A program made the position numbers and the translations under genes. Shown here in pieces: positions 61,877 to 64,000 of a DNA stretch of 64,000 nt. The notes beneath the pieces were generated by a model. The model saw only the letters and a list, made by a program, of their open reading frames with translations. It had not been told where the DNA came from and ran no database searches. Source of the DNA: a bacterium (GTDB taxonomy: Bacteria; Bacteroidota; Bacteroidia; Bacteroidales; Bacteroidaceae); assembly GCA_963639495.1 (NCBI GenBank), contig CAVHWE010000001.1, positions 4,704 through 68,703 of the forward strand, written 5' to 3'. Positions within the stretch are counted from its first letter, which is position 1, and every line of letters begins with the position of its first letter.

Positions 61877-61948
61877 AGTCTTTAGGTTTAATATAAAGTG
61901 TGTGGACGCATATCGGGGGAATCTTTCTCTGATGTGCGTCCTTTTTTT
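61877..61948 (+). ncRNA. PUL 3'-UTR element and terminator, candidate sRNA copy 1
   Basis: Near-identical to 63936-64000; CTTTAGGTTTAA (61880-61891) is the reverse complement of 50577-50588; GGACGCATATCGG...CTGATGTGCGTCC hairpin plus T7. Confidence 0.55.
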
Positions 61949-61975
61949 GTGCAAATATCGTACATCCTAACATAA

Positions 61976-62107
61976 TATACCTATCCTTTTATCAAAAGTG
62001 AAACTGCTAATCTGCCCGTAAAAGCTTATAATCTTCAAGGGCAGTTGGTTACTCCAAATACAAAAGGAATTGTGATAATTAATGGTAAAAAATATTTCAA
62101 TCGTTAA
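61976..62107 (+). pseudogene. Orphan T9SS (Por) C-terminal sorting-domain fragment
   Basis: ...PVKAYNLQGQLVTPNTKGIVIINGKKYFNR*; in-frame stop at 61973-61975 and no start codon. Confidence 0.7.
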
Positions 62108-62142
62108 TTGTAAAGATTCGTATAGCAGTGTAAATAAATAGA

Positions 62143-62182
62143 AAAGGCGCACATGTTCGTAGATCACGAGATGTGCGCCTTT
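62143..62182. terminator. Bidirectional terminator
   Basis: AAAGGCGCACAT...ATGTGCGCCTTT. Confidence 0.8.
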
Positions 62183-62187
62183 CGCTT

Positions 62188-63768
62188 TTAGTTATTTATT
62201 AAATGATAAGTTCTGTTTCTGAACGTGCCTGTTGTTTGAATTCTATTCTCGGCAACCAATTCTGAAAGATACTTTTTTGTCAATGTAATCTTTATACCTA
62301 TAGCGTTGCTAATTTCTGACGAACTCAGTTGTTTTTCTCTTGTTAGCAGTTTGAGAATTTGACTCTTCCTATTTTCTTTTGATACCTTTTTTACCGCCAT
62401 ATTCTCCGGATTTACCGCCATATTCTCTGGATTTACCGCCACATTCTCCGGATTTACCGCCACATTCTCGTCTTTTACCGATGGTGAAACCTCATTTACC
62501 GCCACAAGTGGCTTCTTGATATGATTCTCACTTACAAATCCTTCTCTCATCTTCGGAACAAACATTTCTGTGCGATCTGGATTGTGCATGTCTATAAGTG
62601 TTGGCTTGAGGTCGAAGGCATTTTCCCAAGCGTAATATATGCTAGGTATTCCTGTGCCAGCTCGTTCGCCTAAATCTACTAGAGAAAACATACTGAAGAT
62701 GGTCGAGTTTCTTGGGTCTGATATGCCGCCACTCAATGCCTCTTTTTGAGAAATACGTAAACATCCAGGGTTGGCAAACTTGTAACCTTCTAGTGACTTG
62801 ATGATGACCAATCCCCTAGGACCATAATAGTCTGCATTGACAAGGGTGTTGAGTAATGCTTCTCGTATGGCCTCTGCTACGGGAGTCTCATCAACTCTTG
62901 TGATTCCATCAAGTTTAAATGGTCTCGGCAAATCAACAGTCAACTTATTAACAATGAGAAAGTAAAAGTCGAAGAGGTTACCACTCCATTCGCCAGAGTT
63001 GGAGACAATTCTATCAACCCATCGCAATCTGATGTCCTTCACTTCACGATAATCCAGAAAGTATTGGTTGTATTCCCTTGTAATCTCATATTCGTAGCCA
63101 AACATCAACAAACCAGCTGCTGTGGGATGGAGCTGGTTCTCTTTATCAAAAGCAACTGCTCCGATTTTGCGAAGAAAAACGAAATCTTCATCTTCTTGCC
63201 ATGCGTGTCGAGGATGAACCACGTTGAATCTGTTGCGATAGCTATGTACGGTGTCGAGGCAGATAGCATCGAGTGCTATATCTGATAATACTTTCTTGTC
63301 TTGTGTGATTTGATATGCATCTCTAAACATGGCCGACATATCGTAAGGCGAGCAGTGATAGTCGCCTTCATGGTTTCTTCGGAAAGTTCCCTTGCGAGGG
63401 TCTGTACCGATATATACAGGTCGGATGGATCGTTCTGCTCTTGGTACATGGATGATAATGACATCTTTGCCATCGATGTTTTCTACTGTGACATCTTTTT
63501 CTGTGAGTATGTTGATGCTGACCTTCTGTCGGTTGTTGATAATGTTCCAAAAGTCTTTAATCAACTTGTCTGCATCATTTACACCTGTGACGGTCAAGTT
63601 ACCTCTTTTGTCTTCATCTACGCCGAGGAGTATGGCGCCTCCATCGGTGTTCGCGAAAGAAGAGTATGTCTCCCATAGCGAACTTGGCAACCCATTGGAT
63701 GCCCTTTTGGCTTCCAATCTGTTGTCTTCTCGGTACTCTACAACTTTGGTGATGTCAATCGTTCTCAT
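62188..63768 (-). CDS. AlbA_2 (Schlafen-like) + HATPase_c_4 + wHTH protein
   Basis: EDNRLEAK, YSSFANTDGG, AIREALLN, NPG, PRN, GERAGTGI, C-terminal HTH; canonical promoter TTTG(63833-63836)-N20-TAACTTTG(63805-63812). Confidence 0.85.
   Translation of the reverse strand: MRTIDITKVVEYREDNRLEAKRASNGLPSSLWETYSSFANTDGGAILLGVDEDKRGNLTVTGVNDADKLIKDFWNIINNRQKVSINILTEKDVTVENIDGKDVIIIHVPRAERSIRPVYIGTDPRKGTFRRNHEGDYHCSPYDMSAMFRDAYQITQDKKVLSDIALDAICLDTVHSYRNRFNVVHPRHAWQEDEDFVFLRKIGAVAFDKENQLHPTAAGLLMFGYEYEITREYNQYFLDYREVKDIRLRWVDRIVSNSGEWSGNLFDFYFLIVNKLTVDLPRPFKLDGITRVDETPVAEAIREALLNTLVNADYYGPRGLVIIKSLEGYKFANPGCLRISQKEALSGGISDPRNSTIFSMFSLVDLGERAGTGIPSIYYAWENAFDLKPTLIDMHNPDRTEMFVPKMREGFVSENHIKKPLVAVNEVSPSVKDENVAVNPENVAVNPENMAVNPENMAVKKVSKENRKSQILKLLTREKQLSSSEISNAIGIKITLTKKYLSELVAENRIQTTGTFRNRTYHLINN
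62390..62469. repeat. 21-bp coding tandem repeat (ENxAVNP, about four units)
   Basis: TTTACCGCCAYATTCTCYGGA units; protein ENVAVNPENVAVNPENMAVNPENMAV. Confidence 0.9.
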
Positions 63769-63935
63769 GTTTTGCCTTTTTATGATTGTATTTTGTTAAT
63801 TTGGCAAAGTTACATCTTTTTTCCGTGACGTGCAAATATTTCATTGCTTTTTTCTCTTTTTACCGAATAATATAGATAATCTGCAAAAAAGTAAAAGGCT
63901 TTGTGGGCTTTTTTGCGAACTTTGCCAGAAAAATT

Positions 63936-64000
63936 AGTCTTTAGGTTTGATATAAAGTAGGTGTGGACGCATATCGGGGAATCTTTCTCTGATGTGCGTC
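63936..64000 (+). ncRNA. Candidate stand-alone sRNA copy 2 (3' end runs off the window)
   Basis: Repeat of 61877-61940 with one substitution and two small indels; an imperfect -7 element GAACTTTG (63917-63924) lies just upstream. Confidence 0.5.

Noticed and set aside
61877..64000. Direct repeats as IS ends, attL/attR or integron attC
   Set aside because: No transposase or integrase in view; the hairpin relies on G-U pairs and a U-tract, which fits an RNA terminator better.

Overview
A 64-kb Bacteroidales chromosomal window. Gene content, codon style and TAnnTTTG promoters suggest Segatella (Prevotella) copri or a close relative; this is inferred, not verified. From left to right it holds: (1) the end of a defence locus (SNF2 helicase, type III R-M mod and res, a HEPN toxin relic, a PD-(D/E)XK AAA gene); (2) housekeeping and envelope genes (feoAB, secA, a DUF4105/Lnb-like gene, lptC, a CorC-like gene, a SurA/PpiD-like gene, wzc, rfbA, zapA, rny, ttcA); (3) a putative iron-acquisition operon (outer-membrane barrel, imelysin, di-heme lipoprotein, CcsA-type heme lyase) divergent from a hemerythrin-LuxR regulator; (4) cls, kdsD, kdsA and mscS; (5) a SusC/SusD/two-lipoprotein/GH5 polysaccharide utilisation locus (PUL); (6) an AlbA_2/Schlafen-like gene. 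The best unannotated signals are non-coding. First, a ~65-nt terminator-ended element occurs twice (PUL 3' end and ~2 kb downstream), and its conserved 12-nt segment is complementary to the translation-initiation region of this PUL's own susC, making it a candidate paralogous sRNA pair. Second, a 16-bp LuxR/NarL-like box recurs at feoAB, at the iron operon/regulator divergent promoter and between the two LuxR genes, with one box 50 bp from the -7 element in three promoters. Third, the iron operon has a structured ~190-nt leader. Several gene relics missing from the ORF track are also visible (HEPN, di-heme protein C-terminus, T9SS tail).
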